A DNA stretch of 24,459 bases from a virus (Duplodnaviria; Caudoviricetes): positions 1-24,459 of the IMG/VR virus record IMGVR_UViG_3300049141_000022; one strand, written 5' to 3'. Within the stretch, counting starts at the first letter, position 1. Every line of letters starts with the position of its first letter. Position numbers and translations under genes: made by a program. This document shows, one piece after another, positions 24,454 through 24,459 of this stretch. The notes under the pieces are model-generated. The model saw only the letters and a list, made by a program, of their open reading frames with translations, was not told the DNA's origin and did no database searches.

Positions 24454-24459
24454 AGCGTC

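Noticed and set aside
1-24459. CRISPR arrays, tRNA or rRNA genes, IS elements
   Set aside because: No repeat-spacer array, cloverleaf-like sequence or transposase motif seen; intergenic gaps are short.

Overview
A high-GC actinobacterial window, most likely from Streptomyces. It carries the late region of an HK97-like siphovirus prophage or phage-plasmid, with every credible gene on the + strand. Gene order: small HTH regulator, lipoprotein, HNH nuclease, Cys/His-rich protein, P-loop NTPase, candidate cos site, terS, terL, portal, prohead protease, major capsid, head-tail genes, tail tube, tail assembly chaperone with a -1 frameshift, tape measure, tail tip proteins, amidase endolysin and a multi-gene holin cassette. 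The left end (1-1253) looks like the tail of a Streptomyces conjugation module: a TraB/FtsK-like C-terminal winged helix plus two spread-type membrane proteins. The right end carries a small serine resolvase with a res-like upstream region. The most striking unexplained signal is two abutting perfect matches to the BldD consensus NTNACNC(A/T)GNGTNAN just before terS. Further TNAC-N5-GTNA boxes lie on the other side of the cos site and over the putative late promoter. These may couple phage packaging or late expression to host development, or may be sites for a phage-encoded BldC/Xis-like HTH protein. All family assignments come from motif recognition and gene order; no database searches were run.
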